From the NCBI GenBank assembly GCA_963666515.2, contig OY762897.2:704001-768000 (forward strand): a stretch of DNA of 64,000 bases, in the 5' to 3' direction. Made by a program: the position numbers and the translations under genes. Under the pieces are notes generated by a model. It was not told the DNA's origin. It searched no databases and was given only the letters and a program-made list of their open reading frames with translations. Origin of the DNA: Candidatus Binatia bacterium (GTDB lineage: Bacteria > Desulfobacterota > Binatia > UBA9968 > JAJDTQ01). Every line of letters starts with the position of its first letter. Within the stretch, counting starts at the first letter, position 1. This document shows positions 1-9,583 of this stretch, one piece after another.

Positions 1-1214
1 TCGCGCACGAAGTCGCGGATGTTCTCGAAGTAGAGCGGGTTGAAGTAGGTGCGGTGCGAGAAGTCGTCGAGGATCAGCACGTCGAAGTTCTTGAGTTCCT
101 CGACGAAGATCTCGTCGATGGGGAAGGGGATCAGGCTCAGCTCGTTCTCGCGCACGTCCACCACGTCGCTGGGAGTGCGCAGGAAGACGAACGAGACCAG
201 TTCCAGGAACGGGTCCTGTTTCAGCGCGAAGCGGAGGAACCGGTAGTTCCACGACGGGGACCCCGACAGGGTCAGCACCCGCAGCTTGTCCCGGCGCACC
301 TCCATGCGGAACGCCTTGCGGTTGTTGCCGGCGATGCTCTCGCCGGCCAGCTCGGGCAGGGTCAGGGTAAAACCGTGGGCGCCCAGCTCCCGCGGCGTGT
401 AGTTCATGGTGATGCGGTTCTGGTAGGCGTCCCGGTCGATGGCGATGGGATGCGTCGAGATGAGGTTGCGGCCGAGGTTGAAGTAGAGCGGCACGTTGGC
501 GCCGGCCAGGCCGTACGCCTGAATGGTGAAGTCGATGGTGATGGCGCGGCCGCGAAAGGCCAGCTCCGGGGCGCGCAGGCCCGCGATGCGCAGGTCCTTG
601 AAGCCGTCCGCCTGTCCCACCGCGATGGCGAGGAGCGGCCTGGGGTGGCCCTTGAAATCGTCGAGGGCATCGGCCGGGTTCACGATGCCGTCGGACACGA
701 CGATGGTCCCGGCGGCGTCCGGCTCGTGTTTCGCCGCCTGTTCGAGGGCATGGAACAGCCGGCTGGCGTCGCCCGCGGGGGCCGCGGCCCCAAGCCGGTC
801 AAAATCGCGTGGGGCGGTCTCCCGGTCGAAGGCGTAGAGCTTGAGATCGTATTTTCCGGCGAGGCCGCGGGTCAGTCCGGCGGACGCAAGCGCCTCCCTG
901 GCGGCGTCGAGCCGGGTGGCGTCACCGCGGCCGGCGGCGAGCCCCATGCTCTCGGAAGTGTCCAGCAGCACCACCAGCGGGCGCCGCAGCGGCGTGGGCT
1001 CCTCCACCGTGCGCACGGGCCCCAGGAGAAACAGCAGCAGCAGGGCGTAGACCACCCCTCGCAGCAGCGTCAGCAGCGAGGCCTTGCCGAGCCCCAGGCT
1101 CCGGTGCAGGAAGCGGAACTGGTTGACCAGGAGGCCCGCCGCGGCCAGCGCCAGCGCCGCCACCAGCCACAGCGGCAGCCCTCCGCCGAATACGATGTCC
1201 AGTGTTCCCGTCAT
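1..1214 (-). CDS. Membrane-anchored VWA / glutamine-amidotransferase-like domain protein of the MoxR-VWA cluster (runs off the window end)
   Basis: Not in ORF track. Hand translation from ATG at 1214: MTGTLDIVFGGGLPLWLVAALALAAAGLL..., two TM helices, VVLLDTSESM (DxSxS), later LRVLTLSGSPSWNYRFLR...FDVLILDDF. Starts 6 bp after the DUF4159 stop. Confidence 0.75.
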   Translation of the reverse strand, partial: MTGTLDIVFGGGLPLWLVAALALAAAGLLVNQFRFLHRSLGLGKASLLTLLRGVVYALLLLFLLGPVRTVEEPTPLRRPLVVLLDTSESMGLAAGRGDATRLDAAREALASAGLTRGLAGKYDLKLYAFDRETAPRDFDRLGAAAPAGDASRLFHALEQAAKHEPDAAGTIVVSDGIVNPADALDDFKGHPRPLLAIAVGQADGFKDLRIAGLRAPELAFRGRAITIDFTIQAYGLAGANVPLYFNLGRNLISTHPIAIDRDAYQNRITMNYTPRELGAHGFTLTLPELAGESIAGNNRKAFRMEVRRDKLRVLTLSGSPSWNYRFLRFALKQDPFLELVSFVFLRTPSDVVDVRENELSLIPFPIDEIFVEELKNFDVLILDDFSHRTYFNPLYFENIRDFVR

Positions 1215-1220
1215 GACATC

Positions 1221-1985
1221 CTACTGGGTGAGCCGGCGGCGGATGAACGGCACGTGGATCAGGTCCTGCTTGTAGTTGCCGGTCATGGAGTAGAGGATCA
1301 GGTTGACGCCGAGATGGAAGGCGTCGCGACGCTGCTCCTCGCCGTTGGGCACACACGGGTGGCTCCACCGTCCGAGACCGTCCCGTTCCCAGGCGCCCGC
1401 CAGGTCGTTGTGGCAATAGACCACCGGCGTGGTCTCGCCGAGTTGGATGCCTTCGAGGTAGGAGCTGGTGGCCACCCGGCCGCCGATCCGCCGGAGCAGG
1501 TAGTAGCTCCGCAGGAGCGCGTGGGTGAGGGGAATCTTGCGCATCTCCCGTGCGGGGAACAACCGCTGCATCTCCGCGCGGAAGCGCCGGTCGAAGCCGT
1601 AACCGAGCTGCCCGAGGGTGTTGTCGGCCAGCAGGAAACCGCCGAACGACAGGAAACGCCGGAGGTTCCGCAGCTCGTCCTCGGAGAACGGCTGGAAGTC
1701 GTACTTGCCGGCCATGTAGAGGAACGGGAACGAGAAAAGCTCGGGGTCGGTGAGCCGCACCACCCGGCGTTCCAGCGCCGCGTTCACGCTGGTCCGGCGC
1801 ATCAACTCCTCCATCAACGGGGTCACGGCGCGGGGACGCGGGTCCCAGTCGCCGCCGCGGTAGCGCACCTGGGCGAAGACGAACTGGATCCGTTGCGCAG
1901 AGTCCGCCGCGGGAAGCGCCGCCGGCAGGCTCCACGCGGCCGCCGCGGTTCCCAGCAGGCTTCGCAGGAATTTTCGCCTATTCAT
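1221..1985 (-). CDS. DUF4159-like protein with twin-arginine signal
   Basis: MNRRKFLRSLLG Tat-like N-terminus; GGDW, FPFLYMAG, LRRFLSFGGFLLAD, NDLAGAW, GVNLILY motifs; overlaps upstream gene. Confidence 0.8.
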   Translation of the reverse strand: MNRRKFLRSLLGTAAAAWSLPAALPAADSAQRIQFVFAQVRYRGGDWDPRPRAVTPLMEELMRRTSVNAALERRVVRLTDPELFSFPFLYMAGKYDFQPFSEDELRNLRRFLSFGGFLLADNTLGQLGYGFDRRFRAEMQRLFPAREMRKIPLTHALLRSYYLLRRIGGRVATSSYLEGIQLGETTPVVYCHNDLAGAWERDGLGRWSHPCVPNGEEQRRDAFHLGVNLILYSMTGNYKQDLIHVPFIRRRLTQ

Positions 1986-4077
1986 AATTCCGTTGCCCCA
2001 GCCAGCTTTCGAACAGCAGCGTGAGGATCAGCACCACCACCAGGCCCAGCGCGAGGTCGGTGCGGGTGCCGCCGCCGGACAAGGCGCCCGCGGCAAGGAC
2101 CTCGTGGCTCACGGGCCCGAACTTCCGCTGCAGCTCGTCGGCGCCGATGCGCTCCAGGCGCGATTCCATGGGCGGCGGGTTCACCGCGTACAGCGAGGCG
2201 ATGTCCAGTCCTCCGCCGGGGGAGACCACCCGGTAGACGCCGGCGAAGTGGTTGCCGTCGAAGGAGCCGGAAGCCTTTCCCTCCGCCGGCTCCAGCGTGA
2301 CCTCTCTCTCCGTGCGGTTCGGGTCCACCACCCGCAGTTGCTTCCCGGCGTGGGCGGCGTCGGCGGACCATCGTTTCGCCGTACCCGCGGTGATGCCGGT
2401 GTCGATGGAGCCGCTGCCGCCGCCCGCCATGTAGGTCACCAGGGATTGCATCAGCGGTACGTAGCCGGTCTTGAGAGGAAGGTTGTTCCAGGCGCTGTCC
2501 GCGGTGGAGGTGTACAGGAGAATCCGGCCCTTGCCGTGCTCCTTCTCCACCACGAGCGGCTCGCCGTTGCTCAACCGCATCAGGGTGCGTCCGCCCGCGG
2601 ACGCCAACGCGAAGTACGACGATACCTTGACCGCGCGCAACGAGTCCAGCAGGCGCCGGTCCGCGAAGGCGCGCAGGGCGGGATGCGCGACGTCCACCTC
2701 GCCCACGGTGACGTTCCGGTCCAGGGGCGCCCGCCGCCGCGGCCCAAGGGGGCCGGGGAGGAGCGGGGAGGCGTTGCTCCACAGCGCCCGGTTGTAGTCC
2801 TCGGCCGCCACCTGGTCGCCCAGGGACAGCAGCAGGCCGCCGCCGCGCTCGACGAAGGCGGCGAGCCGGGCCACGAATGCCGGCGGCAACGCGGCGACGT
2901 TGGCCAGGACCACGGCCTGATACCCGTCGGGGTCCACCCGGCCCACGGCGCCGGAGAGGATGACCTCCGGCAGCAGCACCGAGTTGGCCACGTCGCCGGC
3001 AGGGTTCAGCGCCCGGCTCAGGAAGAAGGTCTCGCTGGCCACCAGCGCCCTCTGGGGGTCGCCGTCCACCAGCAGGACGTTCAGCCGGTCCCGGGTGTGC
3101 AGGGTGAAGTAGTGCCGCAGGTTGCCGGACAAGCCGTCCCCGTGGAGCGACACGTAACCGGAATGGCTGCCGGGCCGGTCGAGCTTGAACCGGAAGTCCA
3201 CCGTGGACTCCTCGTCCGGCGACAGGGTCACCTGCTTCTCGTCCCGCACTTCGCCGTCGATGGTGAGGCGGGCCGCCAGGTCGGGGATGGCGCCGTCGGC
3301 AAAGCCACCGAGTGTGGCCGCCAGCCCGATATCCAGTCCCGGAGCGACGTGGACGGCCCGGGAGGCGAGCGCGGTGACGGTGGCGCTCGGCGGGGCGTCC
3401 GGCGAGCCCACGGTGACGATTTTCACCGGGACGGTGGGATCGTACTCGCCCACGGCCGGCAGCGACAGCCGGTCCCAGCCGGAAAGTCCCAGGTCCGTGA
3501 CCACCCACAGGGCCTTCTGCCCGCCGCTTTGGCCCAGGAGCCCGTAGCCCGTGCGCAGAGCGGCCGTGAAGTCCGCGGCGCCGGCGGTGACCGCCAGCGG
3601 CCCGAGGTCTTTGAGGGCGGCTTCCCGCGGGTCCTTGAGCCGGGGTTGCCGGCTGCCCACCGGGTTGGTGGCGACTACCGCGGCCCGGTCGCCCTCGCCC
3701 AGCGCCTCCAGGATGCGGCCGGCGGCCTGCTTCGCTTCGCTGAACGTGGCGCCCTGGTCGCGCACCTGCATGCTCAGCGAGTTGTCCACGACGATGACGG
3801 TGGCGAGCGGCGCGCCCCGGGCCGCGAGCCCCACGCCGGTTTCCCACAGTGGGTGCGCCATGAGCAGCACGAGGAAGATGATGGCCAGGGTCCGCACCGC
3901 CAGCAGCAGCCAGTTGCGCAGGTTGTAGGTGCGCGCCACCCGCCGCTGCGAGATCAGCACGAACCGCACCGCGGGGAAGCGCAGGCGTTTCTGCTGCCGC
4001 CGGTTGAGCAGGTGGATGACCAGCGGGATCACCGCGGTGGCCAGGGCCGCCAGGTACAAGGGGTAGAGGAACGCCAG
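1978..4077 (-). CDS. BatA-like N-terminal double-TM + VWA domain protein
   Basis: AFLYPLYLAALATAVIPLVIHLLNRR...FPAVRF (BatA-like), VVDNSLSM MIDAS, GATase-like region, C-terminal TM. Start placed at CTG 4077 behind GGAGGA; ORF track uses TTG 4059. Confidence 0.8.
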   Translation of the reverse strand: MAFLYPLYLAALATAVIPLVIHLLNRRQQKRLRFPAVRFVLISQRRVARTYNLRNWLLLAVRTLAIIFLVLLMAHPLWETGVGLAARGAPLATVIVVDNSLSMQVRDQGATFSEAKQAAGRILEALGEGDRAAVVATNPVGSRQPRLKDPREAALKDLGPLAVTAGAADFTAALRTGYGLLGQSGGQKALWVVTDLGLSGWDRLSLPAVGEYDPTVPVKIVTVGSPDAPPSATVTALASRAVHVAPGLDIGLAATLGGFADGAIPDLAARLTIDGEVRDEKQVTLSPDEESTVDFRFKLDRPGSHSGYVSLHGDGLSGNLRHYFTLHTRDRLNVLLVDGDPQRALVASETFFLSRALNPAGDVANSVLLPEVILSGAVGRVDPDGYQAVVLANVAALPPAFVARLAAFVERGGGLLLSLGDQVAAEDYNRALWSNASPLLPGPLGPRRRAPLDRNVTVGEVDVAHPALRAFADRRLLDSLRAVKVSSYFALASAGGRTLMRLSNGEPLVVEKEHGKGRILLYTSTADSAWNNLPLKTGYVPLMQSLVTYMAGGGSGSIDTGITAGTAKRWSADAAHAGKQLRVVDPNRTEREVTLEPAEGKASGSFDGNHFAGVYRVVSPGGGLDIASLYAVNPPPMESRLERIGADELQRKFGPVSHEVLAAGALSGGGTRTDLALGLVVVLILTLLFESWLGQRNYE

Positions 4078-4078
4078 C

Positions 4079-4969
4079 TTACTTCCTCCAGCTCAGGTAG
4101 CTCACCAGAGCCTGGTCCAGCGGCGTGGCCGTGGAGACCAGTTGATAGTCGATGGCGTACTCGTGGCAGCCCGACCGGAGCGTGTCGATGTGGTTCTCCA
4201 TCACCCGGCGGTACTCGGCCTGTATGGCCTTGGGATCGGCCGTGACCCGGAGCCGGGGGTCCTCGATGTCCTCGAAGCGGGTGTTGCCGGAGAAGGGCAG
4301 GGTCAGCTCGGTCTCGTCCAGCACGTGGAACACCAGCACGTCGTTGCCCCTGTAGCGGAACAGGCGCAGCCCCTGGAGCACCGACTCGGCGTCGTCCAGG
4401 AGGTCCGACACCAGCACCACCAGGCCGCGCCGGCGGATGCCGCCGGCCACCTCCCGCAGGATGCGGCCCACGTCGGTGTCGCCTCCGGTGGTCTCGGCTT
4501 CGAGCCGCTGCAGCAGCTCCACCATGTAGCCGCGGGTGGCCTTGGGCGGAAGCTGCGAGTCGATGCGGTCGGAGAAGGTGGTGAGCCCGGCGGCGTCCTG
4601 CTGCCGGAGGATGAGGTAGGCGAGCGAAGCCACCAGGATGCAGGCGTACTGGAACTTGGTGACCTCGCCGGACGCGTAGTCCATGGAGCCGCTCACGTCC
4701 AGCAGCAGGTGGGTCTTGAGGTTGCTCTCGTCCTCGAATTCCTTGATGAAGTAGCGGTCCAGCTTGCCCAGGGCCTTCCAGTCGATGCGCCGGATCTCGT
4801 CGCCCGGGGCGTACTCCCGGTGCTGCTCGAACTCGACGCTGAAGCCCTTGGCGCGGCTCCGGTGGAGCCCGGCCATGACGCCCTCCACGACCCAGCGCGC
4901 CTTCAGATGCAGGTTCGAAAGCCTCGCCAGCACCGCAGGGTCGAAGTAGCTTTGTTCGGGGGTGGCCAT
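4079..4969 (-). CDS. DUF58 domain protein (MoxR-associated)
   Basis: GLHRS..KGFSVEFEQHREYAPGDEIRRIDWK and LLLDVSGSM motifs. Confidence 0.92.
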   Translation of the reverse strand: MATPEQSYFDPAVLARLSNLHLKARWVVEGVMAGLHRSRAKGFSVEFEQHREYAPGDEIRRIDWKALGKLDRYFIKEFEDESNLKTHLLLDVSGSMDYASGEVTKFQYACILVASLAYLILRQQDAAGLTTFSDRIDSQLPPKATRGYMVELLQRLEAETTGGDTDVGRILREVAGGIRRRGLVVLVSDLLDDAESVLQGLRLFRYRGNDVLVFHVLDETELTLPFSGNTRFEDIEDPRLRVTADPKAIQAEYRRVMENHIDTLRSGCHEYAIDYQLVSTATPLDQALVSYLSWRK

Positions 4970-5196
4970 GAGCGCCGAAGCGGTAGTGGAATACGGCGTC
5001 AGTTAACCACCTTCGCCCGGCGAACTCAAGGCGGCGGAGGCCGGTCGAGGTGGCGCCGTGGTGTGAATGGAGCCGGCAGGCAACGGCGTGCCGGTGTCCC
5101 GTTCGGAGATCGGTATGCTAAGATGCGCGAAGCGATGGCGGCGGGCGGGAAGGGCGAAGGACACATCGGATCACCGGCGCACGGGCGTACCCATTC

Positions 5197-6411
5197 GTGA
5201 AACGGAACAGCGGACTTCGGGCCATCGGCAGGGACCGGGTGGCGCTCCTGGGCTATCTCACTGGCGGGCACTTCGCCGTGCACTGGTTCGGCCAGCTCTT
5301 TCCCATGATCCTGCACCCCCTGGAGGTGGCGCTGCGGCTGAGCTACGTGCAGGTGGGTCTCCTCACCACCACGCGGGAGCTGACCACCGGGCTCACGAAC
5401 CTGCCGGCGGGGGTTCTGGGGGACCGCCTGGCGCGTCATCGGACCGCGATCCTGGTCTCGGCCCTGCTGGCCTTCGGGGTGGCCTACCTCACCTTCGGCC
5501 TCGCCCCCGGCTACTTCTATGCGCTGGTCGCGGCCGGGCTCGTGGGGGTGGGCATCGCCCTGTGGCATCCCACGGCCATGGCGTCGCTATCGAGCCGGTT
5601 TCCGGAACACCGGGCCACGGCGTTCGCCGTCCACGGCATGGGCGCCACCACCGGCGACACCCTGACGCCGCTGGCCGTCGGCGTTCTGTTGACTCTCTAT
5701 CCCTGGCGCAACGTCATGGCATTGCAGGTCCTTCTGGCCGCGGCGCTGAGCGTTCCCTTGTGGCTCGGCCTGCGCGGCGTCTTTGCCGCGCCGCCGGCCG
5801 CGTCCGGGACCGGCGGCGGCACGGAGGGGTCGGGTCTGGGCGAGTTCCTCCGCAACCCTGCCTTCCTGGGCGTGGCCCTGGCCAACGGGCTCATGAACGC
5901 CGGCCGGATCCTGATCATGACCTTCTTCCCGCTCTACGTGCAGGAGACCTTGGGCTACGGCTCCACCGGACTGGGCTACTACTACGCGCTGCTGCACGTG
6001 TTGGGCACGGTCTCCCAGCCCGTCCTGGGCTACCTGTCGGATCGCTTGGGCCGGAAGGCCGTGCTGTTGCCGGCGTTCCTGATGCTGGCGGTGCTCTACA
6101 CGCTGATTCCGCTGGTGCGTCCGGGGGTTCCTCTGGGGATCGTGGTGACCCTCATCAGCCTGTTCTTCTACACCCTCAGCAACATCACCGCGGCCGCGGT
6201 CGTGGACGTGGCAGGCTCGCGCATTCAGGCCACCTCGCTGGGCATCACGTTCCTTTCCAACAGCCTGTTCACCCTGCCCGGCCCGGTCATCGCCGGATAC
6301 CTGGTGGGGCTCTACGGCATGGGCTCGGTGTTCTACCTGTCCGGCGGCTTTCTGCTGGCGGCCGCGGTGGCGATCGTCCCGTTGCGGCTTTACCGGGGTT
6401 CCGGACGGTGA
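5197..6411 (+). CDS. MFS transporter
   Basis: About 12 hydrophobic segments; GVLGDRL and GYLSDRLGRK motif A. Confidence 0.9.
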   Translation: MKRNSGLRAIGRDRVALLGYLTGGHFAVHWFGQLFPMILHPLEVALRLSYVQVGLLTTTRELTTGLTNLPAGVLGDRLARHRTAILVSALLAFGVAYLTFGLAPGYFYALVAAGLVGVGIALWHPTAMASLSSRFPEHRATAFAVHGMGATTGDTLTPLAVGVLLTLYPWRNVMALQVLLAAALSVPLWLGLRGVFAAPPAASGTGGGTEGSGLGEFLRNPAFLGVALANGLMNAGRILIMTFFPLYVQETLGYGSTGLGYYYALLHVLGTVSQPVLGYLSDRLGRKAVLLPAFLMLAVLYTLIPLVRPGVPLGIVVTLISLFFYTLSNITAAAVVDVAGSRIQATSLGITFLSNSLFTLPGPVIAGYLVGLYGMGSVFYLSGGFLLAAAVAIVPLRLYRGSGR

Positions 6412-6487
6412 TCCCTCGGCTTCGTTTCGGTCGGGCCCGTCCCGAGGGTGTCCAAGGGCTCGATGTGAGCCGTGACGGGAACGGACC

Positions 6488-7237
6488 ATGACTTCCTGGC
6501 TGTCCCCGATCTCGAACATGGAGCTGCCGCCCGATGCCGTCCACGTGTGGCGCACGGCCACCGAGGTTCCCGAATCCCGCGTGGCCGCCCTGCACGATCT
6601 CCTGTCGCCGGACGAGCGCGCCCGCGCGGGCCGGTTCGTGTTCGAGGCAGACCGGCGGCGGTACATTGTGGCCCGGGGCGTGCTGCGGACCCTCCTCGGG
6701 CGTTATCTCCGCGTGGAGCCGACCTCCCTGGTGTTCCGTTACGGCGCCCACGACAAGCCGTCGCTGGCGGGAACCCCCGGCGGCCGGGACGTGCGTTTCA
6801 ACCTGTCCCATTCCTACGGGTGGGCGCTGCACGCCTTCGCCGTCGGGCGGGAGGTCGGCGTCGACGTCGAGCGCATACGTCCGGAAACCGACATCGTGGG
6901 CGTCGCCGAGTATTCCTTCTCGCCCGTGGAGGTGGCTTCCTTGATGAGCGTTCCGGATGGGCAGCGGCGCGAGGCCTTCTTCAACTGCTGGACGCGGAAG
7001 GAGGCGTTCATCAAGGCCCACGGCGAGGGGATCTCGCTGGGCCTCAGCCGGTTCGACGTGACGTTGCGGCCGGGCGAGCCCGCGGCGTTGCTGCGGTTCG
7101 ACCAGGACCCCGCGGAGGCGGCCCGATGGTCCATGCGCGCCCTGGACGCGGGCGCGGGCTACAAGGCCGCGCTGGCAGTGGAAGGGGAGGGATGGGATCT
7201 CAAGTGCTGGGAATATCCGGATGAGGGTCTGTTCTGA
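6488..7237 (+). CDS. Sfp-type 4'-phosphopantetheinyl transferase
   Basis: LSPDERARAGRF, FNLSHS, VGVDVE, FFNCWTRKEAFIKA. Confidence 0.93.
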   Translation: MTSWLSPISNMELPPDAVHVWRTATEVPESRVAALHDLLSPDERARAGRFVFEADRRRYIVARGVLRTLLGRYLRVEPTSLVFRYGAHDKPSLAGTPGGRDVRFNLSHSYGWALHAFAVGREVGVDVERIRPETDIVGVAEYSFSPVEVASLMSVPDGQRREAFFNCWTRKEAFIKAHGEGISLGLSRFDVTLRPGEPAALLRFDQDPAEAARWSMRALDAGAGYKAALAVEGEGWDLKCWEYPDEGLF

Positions 7238-7289
7238 GGTTCATCCGGTTCCACCGGAACAAGACAATCGACACGGAAAGGAGAATCAC

Positions 7290-7838
7290 ATGGCGCGCAT
7301 CGCGAAGATCGAGACGAAGGAAGCCCTGGCCCCGGAGCACCATGCAGTGTTCGATGCCATCGCGCAGAGCCGCGGCCGGGTGCAGGGGCCGTTTCCCATG
7401 CTGCTGCACAGCCCGGAGCTGGCCGGCCGCGTGGCGCACCTGGGCGCCCACGTGCGCTTCGAGATGGGACTTTCCCAGAAGCTCAAGGAACTGGTGATCC
7501 TCACCGTGGCGCGGGAACTGGACTGCGCCTTCGAGTGGTCGGTGCACGCCGGGCACGCGCGCGCCGCGGGGATCACGGACGACTGCATCGAGGCCGTGCG
7601 GATGCGGCGGGAGCCCGCGGGCCTCACCCCGGAGGAAACCGGCGTGCGCCGCTACGCCCGTGAGCTGATCCGGTCCCATCGCGTGAGCGCGGAGACCTTC
7701 GCCGCGGCGGAAGCGCACCTGGGGGCCGCGGGCTGCGTGGAGCTTTCGGCCTTCATCGGATACTATGTGCTGCTGGCGTGCGTCCTGAACTCCATGGAGG
7801 TGGAGCCCGCGGAGGATGGGGACGTGCTGGACCCATGA
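7290..7838 (+). CDS. Carboxymuconolactone decarboxylase (CMD/AhpD-like) family protein
   Basis: GPFPMLLHSPELA, ELVILTVARELDCAFEWSVH; GGAG RBS before ATG 7290. Confidence 0.85.
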   Translation: MARIAKIETKEALAPEHHAVFDAIAQSRGRVQGPFPMLLHSPELAGRVAHLGAHVRFEMGLSQKLKELVILTVARELDCAFEWSVHAGHARAAGITDDCIEAVRMRREPAGLTPEETGVRRYARELIRSHRVSAETFAAAEAHLGAAGCVELSAFIGYYVLLACVLNSMEVEPAEDGDVLDP

Positions 7839-7884
7839 GGGATCAGGCCGGAATCACCGACGGGACGGACATGACGGAGCGGAC

Positions 7885-9480
7885 ATGAGCGACAGACCCA
7901 ACTTTCTCTTCATCATCACCGACCAGCACCGGGCGGACCACCTGGGCTGCTACGGCAATCCGGTGGTCCAGACGCCACACATCGACGGGTTGGCGTCGTC
8001 GGGAGCCCGCTTCGAGCGGTTCTACACGGCCACGCCCATCTGCATGCCCAACCGGGCGACGCTCATGACCGGCCGGATGCCGTCGCTCCACGGCGTGCGG
8101 CACAACGGCATCCCGCTCTCCTGGCGGGCCACGACGTTCACCGACATCATGGCCGCGGCCGGGTACCACACGGCTCTCATCGGCAAGTGCCACCTCCAGA
8201 GCATCAAGGACGACCTCCCGGTCATCGGCATGCCCGAGCCGGACCCGCGGCTTACCCGGCCCCCCGAGCGGCTCCGCGAGGCGCGCAAGGACATCGGCGG
8301 GCGCTACGACCAGGAGCTGCCGTCCACCTGGGCGAAGGATCCGGAGTTCGAGCCGGTGTTTCCCTACTACGGTTTCCAGCACGTGGAGTTGTGCATCAAG
8401 CATGCCGACCAGGTGGTGGGACACTACGAGCGCTGGCTCCGCGAGCGCCACCCGGACCCCGACTCCCTGCGCGGGGCGAAAAACCAGCTTCCGGGCAACG
8501 ACTACCGGGCGCCTCAGGCGTGGCGCACCCGCATGCCCGAAGAGTTGTACCCCACCAGCTACGTGGCGGAGCGCACCATGGCGTTCCTGGAGGAGCACGT
8601 GGATTCGGGACAGGAGCGGCCGTTCTTCCTCCAGTGCTCGTTTCCCGACCCGCATCACGCGTTCACGCCGCCGGGCCGGTACTGGGACCTCTACCATCCT
8701 GAGCAAATCGAGCTGCCGGCTTCGTTCCATCGCGGCGAGCATCCGGTGCTGCCGCACCTGGCCCGGCTCTACGAGGAGCGCGACCGGGGCGAAGCCAACC
8801 GCGACGGCCAGCGCGGCTTCGCCATCACCGAGCGGGAGGCGCGGGAAGCCATCGCCCTCACCTACGGCATGATCACCATGATCGACGACGCCATCGGCCG
8901 CATCCGGGCGCGGCTGGAAGCCCTGGGTCTGGCGGAGGACACGGTGATCGTCTTCACCAGCGACCACGGCGACTTCATGGGCGACCACCAGCTCCTGCTC
9001 AAGGGCGCGCTGCACTATCGCGGGCTGGTGCGGGTGCCGTTCATCTGGGTCGATCCCGCGGAACCCGCGAAAGGGGTGGTGAACTCCGGGCTGTGCGGCA
9101 CCCTGGACCTGCCCAGCACCTTCCTGCACCGCGCCGGCCTGGAAGGCCACAATGGCATGCAGGGGGTAAGCCTGCTGCCGGCCATGGACGGGTCGGACAC
9201 CGGCTACGACTCGCTGCTCATCGAGGAGCACCAGCGCCGCGGCTACATGGGCTTCGACAACAACTTCCGCGCCCGCACCCTGATCACGCCGGACCGGCGC
9301 CTGACCCTGTACGAGGGCACGGATTGGGGCGAGGTCTACGACCTGGAAAACGACCCGGACGAGATGCGCAACCTGTGGGACGAGCCGGGCTCCCGGCGCG
9401 CCGAGCTGACCGAGGCGCTGGCCCGCAAGATGATGGCCCTCGCCGACACGAGCCCCCTGGCGACGCATCACGGGCCGTAG
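7885..9480 (+). CDS. Sulfatase-like hydrolase (Cys-type)
   Basis: PNFLFIITDQHR, CMPNR (CxPxR), GKCHL, PDPHH, TSDHG, YDLENDPDEMRNL. Confidence 0.92.
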   Translation: MSDRPNFLFIITDQHRADHLGCYGNPVVQTPHIDGLASSGARFERFYTATPICMPNRATLMTGRMPSLHGVRHNGIPLSWRATTFTDIMAAAGYHTALIGKCHLQSIKDDLPVIGMPEPDPRLTRPPERLREARKDIGGRYDQELPSTWAKDPEFEPVFPYYGFQHVELCIKHADQVVGHYERWLRERHPDPDSLRGAKNQLPGNDYRAPQAWRTRMPEELYPTSYVAERTMAFLEEHVDSGQERPFFLQCSFPDPHHAFTPPGRYWDLYHPEQIELPASFHRGEHPVLPHLARLYEERDRGEANRDGQRGFAITEREAREAIALTYGMITMIDDAIGRIRARLEALGLAEDTVIVFTSDHGDFMGDHQLLLKGALHYRGLVRVPFIWVDPAEPAKGVVNSGLCGTLDLPSTFLHRAGLEGHNGMQGVSLLPAMDGSDTGYDSLLIEEHQRRGYMGFDNNFRARTLITPDRRLTLYEGTDWGEVYDLENDPDEMRNLWDEPGSRRAELTEALARKMMALADTSPLATHHGP

Positions 9481-9583
9481 GAGACCGCATCGGCTGGATG
9501 CGCCCTGTGGACACGGGCGGGTTGAAACCCCTGCACCCGCGTGTCCGCGAGGCGCGGCCCGCTTGGTGATGGGTAGGAACTCC

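Noticed and set aside
9477-9550. Imperfect hairpins resembling a GTAG-type REP between the sulfatase and LLM genes
   Set aside because: Single degenerate copy; cannot be supported as a repeat from this window
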